The position numbers and the translations under genes are program-made. DNA of 63,621 nt, filler included, from Reticulomyxa filosa (taxonomy: Eukaryota; Protista; Foraminifera), in NCBI GenBank assembly GCA_000512085.1. It is 15 parts of 15 records of this genome, joined end to end, with 100 filler letters (N's around TTAATTAATTAA, not from the genome) between each part and the next. Parts side by side here need not be neighbours in the genome. Positions count along the whole stretch, not along the records: positions 12,841 to 15,541 come from ASPP01038698.1; positions 15,642 to 17,742 come from ASPP01019844.1; positions 17,843 to 19,778 come from ASPP01007295.1; positions 19,879 to 24,377 come from ASPP01003525.1; positions 24,478 to 28,194 come from ASPP01040281.1; 10 more parts are not named here. One strand, written 5' to 3'. The notes beneath the pieces were generated by a model, which worked only from the letters and a program-made list of their open reading frames with translations, made no database searches and was not told the origin of the DNA. Below are positions 12,842-27,173 of the stretch, piece by piece; within the stretch, counting starts at the first letter, position 1; every line of letters begins with the position of its first letter.

Positions 12842-15541
12842 GATTGGAATGCACACCATCCGGCATGGTTAGACCAGAAAACAGACGAAATTGGAGAAGC
12901 TATATTAGAATTTATAGTCTCAAATAACCTGCAAATACTAAACAGCTTTCCATTTGACTACACCTTTTTAAAGGACGGAGCATCATCAAGTATCGACATA
13001 ACATTATGCTCTCCATCACTTGTAACTTGTTGCAACGACTGGAGAACAGACCAAGACGAATTAGATTTACATTCGGATCATCTCCCCATAACATTCAATA
13101 TAAAAACGAGATGGGGAACCAAGCGAATAAAACGTCAAAAAATAGAAACATAGAATATACTTAGCAAAAATTGGGAGGCATATCGAAAAGAATTAGAAGC
13201 AAAATTAAAAATATGGGCGACAACTCTTCCACCACCCAATAAAACAAAAGAGGATCTAGATATAGCAGTGGAAAATTGGACAAATTGTGTGGTCCAGGTA
13301 GCAAAGGACACAATAGGGACCAAAGTAGTGTGGAAAGGGAATAAGCCATGGTGGAGCAATGCATTACACAGGCAAAGAAAAAAAGTGCATCACTTAAAAA
13401 GGTTATTCAGAAAATATAAAACAGAAATAAGCTACAAGAGATACAAAGATGCAGCTGGAATTCTTAAACGGAAATTACGGCAAGAAAAACAAGAATACAT
13501 GAATAAAAGCATTGAGTCAATTCAGGAAGGAAATACAAAACAACTTTTTACACAATTTAGAGCCTTAAATACCAATAAAATTTCAATTATCCCATCATTG
13601 GTCAGTCCAGAAACAGAAAAAGAGATAGAAATGGTAGCAGAAACAGACATTGAGAAAGCAGAAATGTTTGCCAAATGGTTTGCAGAACCACCTCAGCCTC
13701 CGAAATCATTAAACGAAGAACATTATAAATTAGTAGAAGAGTTCACATCTTCTGTGGAAGAAATGGAGAAAGAGATAGAAATTGACAGCGATATATGGAC
13801 TGAAGAATGGCATCAAACTGACATTACTGAAGGAGAAATTATCGAGGCAATAAGAAGAATATCACCATACAAAGCACAAGGCTCTGATAGCATGCACAAT
13901 ATAATGCTGAAGAATGGAGGGAATGCAATAGTTGAATCATTAGCACTTTTATTTAAGTGGAGTTATCGGATTGGATACGTTCCCAGAAAGTGGAAAATTG
14001 CAAACATAGTCCCTATTCCAAAACCAGAGAAAGACCACACTATTTGCAAAAATTATAGACCTATATCGTTGCTATCGTGTGTAGGAAAGGTACTTGATCG
14101 CATAGTGACAATGAGGTTAATGGGATACCTTAATGAACACCAATTACTACATTATAGCCAAGCAGGATTTCAATCCTGGCACAATACGTCGGAATTATTG
14201 CTACGAATATTGGAAACCATACATGCATCCATGGACAAAAATGCAGTCACGTACGCTGTTATGTTGGATATATCAGCTGCATACGATAGTGTCTGGCGAA
14301 ATGGACTACGTTTCAAAATGAGAACCCAATTTAATATCAAAGGAAGGCCATATTGGTGGATCGATAGCTTCCTTAGGAATAGAGCCGGACAAGTAGTGCT
14401 AAATGGGACTACTTCTAGTGTACAAAAATTTAAAATAGGTTTACCACAAGGATCGGCCTTATCGCCCTTACTCTTTTTGCTGTACATTAACGACATAACA
14501 GAACTAGTACAAGATCCAATTCAGTGCGGCATGTTCGCAGATGACATAGCACTATGGACGTCAGTTTACATACCTAATACCAAAGAAATGGAGAGGCAAT
14601 TGCAATTACTACAACAAAGTTTGGACGAAATATATTCATGGGGAAGCAAGTGGAAAATGTCACTAGCTCCTGAGAAATCACAATGTATTACATTTCGAGC
14701 TAAAAACAAAAGAAAGTATCCACATATGAAGATAAAACTCGGTGGAATATCAATCAAAGAAGAAAAACAAGTGAAATACTTAGGTCTAATAATGGACTCC
14801 AATCTTACATACAAACAACACCTGCAATATATATATGGAAAAGCATCTCGAAGTCTCGGATATCTAACTTTTCTATGTTCATATAAAGGTATACGCCCAA
14901 GCATGTCGGTATACAACTTACTTTATAAGACAATTGTACGCCCAATATTAGAGTACGGATGTCAATTCTGGAATGGTGCAGCTGAAACATGCAAGAAAAA
15001 ACTCGAGCAAATACAAAAATTAGCAATGTGCAGAATATTAGGAGTGATGAATAGCACATCATATGACACAGTTAATATCATATCACAGATGCCTCCCCTA
15101 GAGCTGCGAAGACAACAGGAAGAAATCAAGATGTATCATCGCTGCATTCAGCTATCTGAACAATTCCCAAGTCACAATATGAGCATAGCATATCGTTTGT
15201 GGAAAAAGAACCACGAAACAAAAAAGGATGAATTCTTTTGTTGGATAGGAAAGTTATCACCATTGTCCAGAGCCTGCATCCATGCAGATGAACTCGATAT
15301 ACCAGATATATGCCATATAAAACATGAAATCACGCACAAGCCTCAATCAATAGGAAAAAAGAAAATACCACAATCAATAAAGGCTCCTTTTGTATATGGA
15401 CAAGAGCCAACACAGGAAGAAATACTTGCATCAATCAACACTAATACTGTTGTAATTTGGAGCGATGGAAGTACATTCCCAAACCCATGATATGGGGGAG
15501 TTGGATTGGTAGTCCAAGATTCTGATACTTCAGAGTGGATT
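12842..15541 (+). mobile_element. Non-LTR (LINE) retrotransposon ORF2: APE endonuclease C-terminus, reverse transcriptase, start of RNase H; two in-frame stops
   Basis: DWNAHHPAW and SDHLPI (APE); NYRPISLL, GLPQGSALSPLLFLLYIND, FADD, KYLG (RT); IWSDGS (RNase H). Single frame with TAG at 13151 and TGA at 15488. Confidence 0.95.
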
Positions 15542-16138
15542 NNNNNNNNNNNNNNNNNNNNNNNNNNNNNNNNNNNNNNNNNNNNTTAATTAATTAANNN
15601 NNNNNNNNNNNNNNNNNNNNNNNNNNNNNNNNNNNNNNNNNGATGCAAAACCAACATAAAAAGGCGTACGTTTGTTCATCATTGGCGATGATGTCATCTT
15701 TTTTAAGAAACAAATACTGGTTCTTTACTTTGAACGTATAAAAAGAAAAAAACTCGGTTTTCAGTGGGGTTTTTTCTTAACCTCTTAAAAAGACAAAATC
15801 ACTCATATTTTAAAATTGTTGCAAATGTTTGATATGAAATACTGCAGCACTACAGACAGTGTTTCCCTGCCAATTTACAACTATAAGCTTCGTGGCACAT
15901 CTAACAATTTTCTTTGTAGTATTAAATGGAACGTTAGAACCGGGTGAACTTGTTAAAAAGTTTGACCAGAGTTCTAAAAACTTGGACATGTCAAATAACC
16001 AAGAGGGAAAGGACGATGAAGATATCAAAGAGAGCAGAGACAGAGGAAATATTTTTTAAAAAAACATTAAATTTGTTCTTTTAATCAAAATTTCGAACAA
16101 AAATACTTTCATTTATTGATAAACAAAAAAGTCAATTT

Positions 16139-17461
16139 TCAGCAAATATGAATTGGACCTTCAATTGAAGCATAGCATAAATTCCAATCATATGTAACGT
16201 TCTTTATCTCCTTTTTCTTTTTCAATGCAATAAATTTAAGATATGATATTCCAAGATCTTCTTTATTTCCTTTGATCATATACAGTTCATTCTTATTTGA
16301 TCGAATATCCCAAAAACGAATTGTATTATCATATGATCCAGAACATATCACATTCGAATTACCAATACTATTACTAATTATAAATGGTGAGTATTCAATA
16401 GACGATACAATATCTGAATGTCCATTGAATACTTGAGTATGTTGACCAGATCGAATATCCCACAAACGAACACTTTTATCATTTGATCCAGATAGTATCA
16501 AATTTGATAATTCATTTGATCCATATTTTACATTCCTTACATGATCTGTATGGCCATTGAATACATTTAATTGTTTAGTTGTTTCAATATCCCACATTCG
16601 AATGGTTTGATCAAATGATCCAGAACAAATTGTATATCCATTTCCACCAATTACACCAATATTATTATTGTTATTGTTATTGCTTTGTAATGGTGAAATA
16701 TCAATACACCAAACACAATTTTCATGTCCCTTGAAAACATGTAATGATTTTAATGTTTCAACATCCCATAAACGAATTGTTTTGTCTAATGATCCAGAAA
16801 ACAGATATCTACTACCATTAAATGATGAAAATTCAATTCCATAAACAGATTTTTTGTGTTTATTGAATGTTTGTAATAGCTTATTTTGCTTAAAATCCCA
16901 AAAATAAATATTTCTATTATTTGATGAATAGCAAATTACATTTTCATTATTATTTTGATAATAATATGATGAAAATTTCACACAATACGCAGCATTTGAA
17001 TATCCGTTTAATAATTGTATTTGTTTGTTGTTATCAACATCCCATATACAAACTGTGGGATCATGTGATCCAGAACAAATAAATTGGTGACTACCAAATG
17101 TTATATAGTCAATGTTATATACATAGCTTGTATGTACGATTAATGTATTGATTAATTTGGATGATGAGCAAAACGTATCAAAAATGAAGATAGCATATGC
17201 CTATGTTAAATTAACATTTGAATGTTTTTATTTTGAAAATAAAATATAAACTAACATAATTGAAAACGAGTTTGTCAAACTCGTGAATCCATCCAAAGCT
17301 AATTTGTAATATCCTGGTCCAATGTCGTAATATCACTTTAATTTTTTCTTCTTCGAGCTATTTTAATCATAAATTATATACGTTAAACAAAATAATGCTT
17401 TCTGAAGACTTGTAATAAAGCTTACCAACTCTAGTTGCTTCTCATTTTCAAAAGTTGTCAT
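16139..17461 (-). CDS. WD40-repeat protein; exons ~17461-17426, 17357-17256, ~17200-16139
   Basis: SGS.D.TIR.WD repeats and a GVIGGNGYTICSGS motif; spliced N-terminal module LEEEKIKVILRHWTRILQISFGWIHEFDKLVFNY. Confidence 0.85.
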
Positions 17462-17914
17462 TTTGTTTTTTTTTCTTAAAAGAGTTTTTGACGGTGTAAA
17501 ATTGATTATATTAAACTTTTTTTTTTCTCAATTTAATGAAAGGGATTTCAAAAATATCTTTACAACATAAAATAGGATTTTGACAACATATGTAATTTTT
17601 CTCAATGACAAGAAATTTTGTTAAAAAAAGAATTTCGTATGCATTTTTTTTTTGCATGTTTCAAATGTTTTTTCGTCAATATCTTCGAAAAATAGCATTT
17701 TTTTTAGTTAATAATCATTTCTAAAATCGGGACCCCTCCCTTNNNNNNNNNNNNNNNNNNNNNNNNNNNNNNNNNNNNNNNNNNNNTTAATTAATTAANN
17801 NNNNNNNNNNNNNNNNNNNNNNNNNNNNNNNNNNNNNNNNNNTTTTTTTTTTTTTTTTTTTCTTCCCCCCCTTTTTTTTTTTTTTTGTCAAAAAAAAAAA
17901 AAAAAATCTACGAA

Positions 17915-19350
17915 ACCAAAAAAAGGGTTGGTATCAAAAGATTCATAAGAAAAGTCCAATCCTTTCAACGTGGAAACCAAATCAGATAATTGCAAAGCGC
18001 GTTCATGTATGTCCTGCACAAAAAAAGGGTTATTGACTCGCTGAAAGATCGACTCTGCTTTGAATGGATCCGTCGTAAGTTTCTGAACGCCTCGAAATGG
18101 CGCGACGACCAATGATTTAGTAACGCCAACGAGAAGGGAGCCATAGCGACGAGTGGCACGTGCCATTTCTTTGGCCTGCGACACTGGTGTCACTGCGTCC
18201 TCATTACGCTTGCGATGTTCAATGAGCTTGGCTGTTTTGACGAGATCCTTGGTGTGTTTATTGGATTGGCCCAGCCCGTTGTTTTCCAAAGTGGTGACAT
18301 CATTCAATTCTTTGGGCAATGAATGAACCACATTGGATTGGCTCATTAAATGCACATGCCAAATCAATGCGCTCATCAATTCGGCCATGAAATATTCACA
18401 GCTGTGAATCGATCGAATGGGCTGAATGCTGTCTCCATTGCTTGTGCGATGACGACGATACAATGTCTTGGGCTGCCACACCGCGGATCGTGTCCAAATT
18501 CGGCGACGATACACCTGTCTTTGACTAGGACTATCTGTGCATTTCCACGCAAATGATTCGGAGGCCAATTTGGAACAATACATCCAACCCTCCTTGTCGT
18601 ATCGACCATTGCAAATTATCGTCTGATCGTCCATCATGTCTTCACTCGACAGTGCGAGCGCACGCGAGGATTGAGACCCACGTCCGCCGCTACTCCCACT
18701 GCTTCTGCTTTTCCCTTGTCCACTTGTCCTGGGATCATGACTAGCTTGGGAGTGCATTTTTTTGGAAAATATGCTCTTCGATCCTCTGTCCCTTTCTCTC
18801 TCTCCTCGCTCTTTGTCCGTTTCATGCTTACGAAACATTTGTGCCATCACATCTCCTAATCCGGATTTTTTTTTGGACTTCTTTTTTTTTTCCCCCCCAT
18901 TCAATCCAATTGAATTGTATTTGCGGAGGTAATTACGTTAATTCACAATTACAAAGATGATCACGCGTCATTTCATATTATGTCATGTTTATATTAGGTT
19001 ATGTTATTTTTATTTCTTTTATTTGCAATCAATACTTTTAATAAACAAATAAACAATTTTTTTTTTTTAATGCAAAAAAAAAAAAAAAGTACATCAATAT
19101 GCGGCTCTGGAGTTGGCATTGTTCTTTGCTCTTCTTCATTCAAATCAAAATCGAGTGAACGACTCATAAAATCAGACGACATTGGGGTGAACGAAGGTGT
19201 GGAGGTTGGAGAGCCTTTGGATTCTCGGATCCGTGATGCCGGCAGTAGCAGTTGTATTGAGTGTAAGCAGTCCACGATTTTGTTGTTTTCGTCGCATATC
19301 CCTTGCGCGCTTTGGATATTATGTGGCGACGGTGTTAATATACCCCATCC
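17915..19350 (-). CDS. Partial multi-exon protein with a putative DysF (dysferlin/Pex24-like) motif
   Basis: YDKEGWMY...VYRRRIWTR resembles the DysF C-terminal signature D.EGW.Y...RRRRW.R; both ends truncated. Confidence 0.5.
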
Positions 19351-19743
19351 TTTATTTTTTTGGTGTATGTAAAAGGCCATATTATATATGTATATATAGT
19401 ATGTGAGGATGCAAATGGCAAATGAACAAAGTGTTTGGTTGGAATTGTCCGTAGAACAAATAGTACAAGTTTGATTCGTGTCAAGTGACCTTCGGCCCAC
19501 AACCATTCTCCATTATGTGCAGGACTTGGGAGTTGAATTTCTTCTGGAGAGGAAATATATCTATTGGGAGAGACGACAATATGAATGGAGGAAGCAAAGT
19601 GAGATATTGTGCAAGTGGAAGAAGGAACGGGAAGAAAAAAAAAAAAAAAAGGGGAGAATAAATGAGTTTATTATATTTTGGTTGATGCATTTGAATGTTG
19701 TTGTTTTTTTTTTTTTGAAAAAAAAAACAATGATAATGGCAAC

Positions 19744-19778
<35 letters not shown>

Positions 19779-20049
19779 NNNNNNNNNNNNNNNNNNNNNN
19801 NNNNNNNNNNNNNNNNNNNNNNTTAATTAATTAANNNNNNNNNNNNNNNNNNNNNNNNNNNNNNNNNNNNNNNNNNNNTTCTACAAAAGAGTGTTTTTGG
19901 TGTATCTTTTGAAATCTCAACTTTATCTAGTAAAACTTGGTTCTATTTATGAATTATTTTTTTTTATCTTGCAATTTATTGTGAAATTTGAGTAGTTGAT
20001 CAAATGGTATATTTTTGTTTATGTTGTTATTGATGAGAAATTAAACTCT

Positions 20050-20400
20050 TTGCATCATGACAAGCATCAACAATAAATATTTTTGAAAGATCCCATTTCA
20101 TGGCAATTAAATGTTGTGTGCATATTTGCCATTGATAAAGAGCTTTTTCGCTTGTCAATAACATATTTCATTTCAATGTCCACAAATTATTATTGCCATT
20201 ATATCATATTTTTTAGTATTTTTGTGAATTTCATGCCTTGTAATTGCTTTGGTCAGAAATGCTTTCGCATCTTGTTTTGTCATTTGTGAAGATTGATTGT
20301 ATGCAAATAATTTTGACAAAGAAGTTTTTCAAATGTCAGTTTTCCATTTTTACCAATGTTTTTCTTTTGTTTACTTTCACATATGCCGTCAAATATTTTA
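20050..20400 (-). pseudogene. Caspase-like gene remnant
   Basis: Nucleotide similarity to 36310-36580; reads FNCHEMGSF..IFIVDACHD. Confidence 0.65.
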
Positions 20401-21749
20401 TTATTAATTCAGATGAAAAAACAAAAATAATATAATACACAATTTATTAACTTCTTTTTTTTTTGTGTTACAAATATGGTTTTGATTTTTATTTTGTCTA
20501 AAGGAAATACTTATGAATATTTAATTTGAATATCTCTGTTATTTTATTTTTTCAAATTAAGCAAAACAATAATTTAGGCGTGAATTATAATCATCTTTTT
20601 GTTTATTAAACATTGTAAGTAAGGTTTGCAAGAAAAAGATGACTTAATCTCGTATTTGATAAATCAAATAATAAGATAATTTGAAATAATTTCAAATTGG
20701 TAGTTGTTATTTGGAAAACTTTTATTTAATGTAAGAAAATTGCAGAAAGTAAAGTGAATACAATTCCATTTTACAATGTTTTTTTGAAGGAACAATCTGT
20801 TGTTTCTTAAACCAATGTACAAATAATGTTTTTGTAAATCAAATTCATTCAAATGGTTTCTTGTTCAATGCTTCCTGTTTAAAACCGGTTATAATAATCA
20901 AGAAACTGGAATTATTCTAAACAGTTAATATCTTTGCACAAAAACATAACATAAAAATTGATTAAAAGTGCCTTCGATAGAGTGCACTTTTTCTTTAGAT
21001 AAGAGACACAAGATTTTTGAAAGTTAATTTGATTATGGAATCAAGAAAAAACGATTTATTTTCCATTGTGATGTTTTCCAATTTCTTATGTTTGCAATTT
21101 TGTTGAAAACAAAGAAATGTATTAAATCATCTGCTTTTGAATGTTCTATTTCGAGAAATGCACTTATTTATATGATAGATATTTTCAACATCATTTCATA
21201 CCAATGAAATTCAATAATATCTTTTTTGTTTAGATTGAATTTAAACAAAATAAATTAATAGATACAAATATTGTTTAATTTAATGACAGTGCATTGTTTG
21301 AGAAAAGTAATCTCACATATACAACATATCTATATGCCTTTTATATTTTATTGAAGAGCCTTTTGTTGTTATGTCCAAATTCAAAATATAACAAAAGATT
21401 ACTGAGTTAAACTCTTTTTTGCAACAACAAGAAAGACTATTAAATCTTTGCACAAAAACCATTTGCTTTCTTTTAAAAAATGAAAATTATAAATTTGTTG
21501 AATTGCATGACAATGGATTTCAAACACTTTTATTCTTTGTTATGTTGTGTGAAACAAATTCCATATTATTTAATACACTTCAAAAAACATTTGCTTTATT
21601 ACATTTCAAGTTATGTGCAATAAAAATAGAAATTTCTTGTGCATTCCATTTATCATATCTTTTTTCCAATTCATTTCAATCTTTTTCAATCCAATTTTGA
21701 CTTTCTTCAAACCATTTTTGTAATTTACCATTTAATTCTTTCAATAATT

Positions 21750-22110
21750 TATTATCAAGAGCGTATAATCATAGATTTAAACAAATGAATAATAATTGAA
21801 ATCCTTCAAAGCAGGACAAATTGGTAATTTTTATAATCAAATGATTAGCTTTGTTCATCATATTTGATTAATAATACTGTTGTAACAAAATAATATGAAA
21901 TGATTGATCACTTTTTCTTTATTCATTGTCAAAAATGATAACTAATTCCAAATTTGTCTTTTTCTATTGGCATTATGCTATTTTTGATTCACTTCAGTTA
22001 TTTCATTGTCTTCAAATCAATCACTTTAATGTTCCTGGAAAATACTTGATGGATAATAAATCTTTTTTTATTCCACCAATCACTCCACGTGCTCCTTTAA
22101 ATTATTTTTA
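21750..22110 (-). pseudogene. Kelch-repeat gene remnant
   Basis: FKGARGVIGGIKKDLL remnant resembles YRGARAIIGGSNNNLLF of the kelch at 52862-54052; many stops. Confidence 0.55.
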
Positions 22111-25100
22111 AACTTGCAATAGTATTTTTATTTCATTTGGATATATTTGTATTGTTGTTTGATAGTGTGGTAAGAGTAACAGCCTTAATTCCAACGTATC
22201 CACAAAGAAGGAGTTCATCCTTGAATAAAATGCATTGTGGATGTGCGAATGCTTTTGGAAATTGAGGCAAACTTTGAAAGACATTGTTGGCATGAGTAGA
22301 CATGTTAACTAAATCTTTCTTTGCAATAACAACATTTTCTCTTATAACGAGCCTTATGAGAAATTGAGTGCTCCTTGGTGACTCTTGTGAATCCTAAGTG
22401 CTAACAAATCATTTCGAACAGCCTATCTATTACTCTTTCCACTGCCCCTAAAAAAAAATTTGTGTTGCCACTTTGTCTTTTCACATGATAACGATAATGC
22501 TTGTCACCTGTCAAAATATACCAAACATGAAAAATAAAAAATAAAACTGAAGTGTCCAAACTATGTCAGGACGTTAGAATTATATCACTTGTAGTCATAA
22601 CATTTTATATTATAGTCATTGAGAAAATAAATTCAGGATCAAGGTATTTTTTGAATACTTAAAATTATTTCTATTTTATAATATTCTTTATTATTTGCAG
22701 AAAACAAAACTTGAACATTCAATAATATAATTTTTGAAATAATTATCATAATTAGAAAAAAGTGAAATTGATTATATATAAAGTTTAATCAAAAATGAAA
22801 AACTTGTATTATGTTTAAATTTTTGTAAATCATATTAAGTATACAATCATTTACAAATTGTTGAGTTTGTGAAATTGAATATGTAGTAGTATCATGATAA
22901 AAAGCATTTGCTACAATTAATGAAATTTGCATTTTCTTTAGGTAAATAAATGAATATTTGCATTACTGGCTTGATATTAAGAACTTTTTTCTTAAGTTTA
23001 TGAATAATTAATTTCACTTTTATATAATCATACAAATTATGTAGAAAAATAATTTCAGTATTTTACAATTACACGCTGGCAATGTAAGTATTTTTCTAAA
23101 TGTATTAAAAGAAAACACTATGTGCATATATATTATCTGAATCCTGAGTTTTTTCCGATAAAAAAGTGTTTTCAAGGATCTGTATACAAGTTGTTATTAC
23201 GATTTATGATTTTTACAATTAAAATTATCAAATTATTTATTCGACAAATACTTAGCCTAAAAAATAGTCAAATGATATACATTTTAACATAGCAATAATC
23301 TGATATTGTGTATTACATTGAATCGTGTTTATATCAAACTGATTGAACAAATACATAAATGAAATATAAATCATTAATCAAAGAAAAAAAATCAACAGCT
23401 ATATGTTCGAAACTAGTCTTGTGTTTGCGAAACAAGTGTGTCTGCAGTCTTTCTTTTGAACATTTCTTCTTATTTTCTTTTTATTAAATAAATAGTAGTT
23501 GACCCTAACTTGGCTTTCGCTGAATTGTTTGGTTTTGATACAATTTGTCACTTGTTTGAACTTATCAATCTTATGTTAACAACTATCACTTATTTCAACC
23601 TTTAAACTTTGGAATTTCCAACTCATCTTGACTATTTTTTAAAAAAAAGCAAAAAATTGGAAGTAAATTTTTGGAAATTATTATTATTCAATAAACACAA
23701 AATGTCTTAAAACACTTTCAATCATTTTTTTGTTTTCACTTGTCGACATCTACAAAAAGGAATCATCATTTGAGTCCCTTTATTACTAAAGAACAGAAAT
23801 TGAAACAATCAAAAATGACTAACTTGTGTTGCAAATTTCATATGTCACTCTATGAAATAATAACATAAATTAGAAAGTATTATTCTGGTTTCAAGAATGA
23901 GAATTGAAAAGTCTTTAAGGAAAGTAAGTTAAATAGTGTTGATAATTACTATTTAAAATAAAAACTAAAAGCTTAAACAAAAATAAAAAAAGGAGATTGC
24001 AATATTTATATCAGTTGTACCAGAATATTTTCTTTTTATTTTTTTCATCTCCTTTAAAAAGATTAAATTATTATTTACAACAATTCATAACACATTAATT
24101 ATGTTTTTTTGTGTTATGTAAATTACAAGTCATTGTATATTTATGGTAATGAAAAAGAAAGAGGATAAGATTTAAACAAGAATACTTTTTATTAAACTCA
24201 AAAAATATCAAAGTATAAAATAAAAAACAAAACCAAGTCAATACTAGTGTTTTTGTAGTTTTATTATCATGTATTGTTCAGACAAGGGCTTGTCAATAAA
24301 GATTGTCTTTTGTTTATATTATTGCAGTTGCGCTATCTGATATTTGCCATTGAAAACAGAAAATCTTTCTTTTCTTTNNNNNNNNNNNNNNNNNNNNNNN
24401 NNNNNNNNNNNNNNNNNNNNNTTAATTAATTAANNNNNNNNNNNNNNNNNNNNNNNNNNNNNNNNNNNNNNNNNNNNAAATAATTCTTCGTCTTCTTCTA
24501 CAGTAATTGTTCCAATGCTATATGTTTATATGTATTGTATTTTTATCAAGTAAAAGAATAAAGAAATAATACGTACAAAACTCATATAATTTTGTTCTTG
24601 TGCCATTGCTTTTTTTAGTTACAGAAAAATGTAATGCGAAATTAATTAAAGTTTTTTAATAAAAAAAAAGTGCAAAATAATGTGAAATTAATTGAAGTAT
24701 TTTAATAAAAAAAAAAGGGCAAAATTTGTTGGACGTTTTGTAGATGATGAAATATTAAACATTTAATGAAATACATGTGGTGACCAAAAGTTTTCATATA
24801 CTTTATAGTGCTTTGCTTTTTTAAAATTTTTGAATGATTTTGACATTATTTTTTAATATTTATTTTATTTTATTTATTGTTAGATTGTCCCAGCTTATGT
24901 AAAATTGAATATTTTTTTAACATTTATTAAAAACTTACAGTGTAACATATGCTGATGCAAAGAAAGCCAAAAAAAATTTTAGTTTTAAAAATTATGATAT
25001 CTTTGTTTATAAACAAATTTTGATCAAAAAAGTTTATTGAACTTACACATGTTTCAATTTGAAAAATTAATTGTGTTTTGATTTGTTTGTGAATCATACT

Positions 25101-25410
25101 TAAGAACGATACAGCAATTCAATTTTCAGTTAAAACAGAAAATGGAACTTTACATGTTTGAATGTACGAAAATAGCAATTGACAAACAGTTTGTTCTACA
25201 CGCAATTAGTAAATAAACACAGATCTTTTCTGGCTAATACGATAAACAATTTTCGAAAATGATTACAAAAAAATGAACAAAACAACAATAACAAAAAGCA
25301 ACTAACTGAAATTTCCGTCAAAAATTTTTTGACGTTTGGATGGCTTTTTGTAACACTGAGCTCTTTTTTATTTTTTTTACCAAAAATTAAAAATGAGAAT
25401 TGGAGAAATA

Positions 25411-26971
25411 CAGTAGGATAAAAAAAAAGTTAACACCTAAAATACAACCATAAAGAGATTATTGTGTTTCTACATGAAAAACAACATTTAATCTAAATTT
25501 TTTTAAAAAATATCTACAAATCGTGTAGTTTTTAAATATCATTTTGAATTTGTTTTTTATTAAGTCTTTCTAATTTTTTCAAAAATTTTAATCTTTCATT
25601 TACTTTAAAAAAATTTTTTGTAGTTGCCTGAGTATGATAAGATTGTCTTTTAAAATTTAATTCAAGTTTACCAACGTGTTATATCTCCTTTGGCTTTTTT
25701 AAGTGCATGTATTCTCTTTGGCATCGACTTTATTAAGGTTTCACAAATATTTGTTTCTATTTTTTTACATTCTGTTTCTAATTGGTTCCAAAGTTCTTAC
25801 GTAGTATTAAATGTTCCTTTTTTGTGAATCATTGTATTTACTATCCAACAAAGATTTTCAATTTGCTTTAAATCAGGTTAATTTGGAGTAAAATTCATTG
25901 TTTTTATTATTTTTGTTTTAACCATTTCATAATTTTTTCCGATTTATGGCGTGTTGCATTATCTCGCTGGAAAATCAAATCCTTTTTATTTTCTAACCAC
26001 TATTTACTCCACCTTCCACCTTGCAAGCATAACATGTTCCTAATGCTCCAAAACATGACCAGACTAAAATGCTTCCACCACCAAATTTTACTTTTCTTGT
26101 TATGGAATTTTCATCTAATGGTGTCTTGGTCTTTTCCATAAATATCTTATAATATCACTTCTATTTAAATTAATTCTGCTTTCATCTGAAAATAAAATTT
26201 ATTTCTAGTCTTCAAACGTCCAACTTTCGTGCTCTAACTCAAATTCATATCTTGCTTTTTTCTGTTTTATTGTCAGTAATGGTTTTTTTTTTGTAATAGC
26301 ACTTAGCCCACTTTGCTTTAATATATTTGTAATTGTTGGACGCGAAACAGGAGCAAAATTTCTTCTTTCCATTTATCTTATAACATTTCTTGCTGTAAAA
26401 TGCTTACTAGTTACCCATATGACAATAATACGATGCAATTTCAAAGGTATCTTTTGCGGACGTCAAATGCGTTGTTTTTTCAAATTCTACAATCTTTTTT
26501 AAAAGTTAAAAACTATTTTTTAAATTTTTTGGTCACTTTACGATAGCTCGCAATATTTCGACAGCACGACCTTTCACAAAACCATCGACATGTTTTCCCA
26601 TTTTAATAAAAATAGCAAAATGTCAATCAATATTTCAGCAACAAAATAATCAAAATGATAAAAATCAATATCTACACCTAAAAAAGGAAAATATCAAAAA
26701 TTATTTAAAAAAAGATTGTCAAATTTCATATCTACGAGAAAAACACGATTATCAACTTTTTTAAAGAAATTTTACCAAATCAAATGAAAGATTAAAATTT
26801 TTGAAAAAATTAGAAAGACTTAATAAAAAACCAAAATTATATTTAAAAACTACACAATTCATAGATATTTTTATTAAAAAAATTTTAATTAAATGTTGTT
26901 TTTTCATGTAGAAACACAATCATCTCTATAAGGTGGCATTTTAGGTGTCAACTTTCTTTTTTATCTTACTG
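25411..26971 (-). mobile_element. Tc1/mariner DNA transposon, 1561 bp, with ~190-bp imperfect TIRs, TA target duplication and a decayed transposase
   Basis: TA|CAGTAGGATAAAAAA...TTTTTTATCTTACTG|TA; minus-strand remnants KKPLLT, ILFSDESR, FQRDNATRH and PDLKQIENL with stops. Confidence 0.9.
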
Positions 26972-27173
26972 TAATAAGATATCAAATTAATAATTTAATT
27001 TAAGAAGTTATATTGCCATGTGATTTATAAGCAAATTTTTTATTTATTTATTTTTGTCTGTTCCCAAAAAAAAAGAAAATACAAATTGAAAAAAGAATTT
27101 GAAAAATAACAAAATCTAATCACACAAATTTGCAATCATTAAAAAAAACAAACTAATCCGAAGTACTTGCACA

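Noticed and set aside
13151-15490. Stop-codon reassignment suggested by in-frame TAG and TGA in the LINE
   Set aside because: Intact genes here use TAA and TGA as stops and have long stop-free frames; isolated nonsense mutations suffice.
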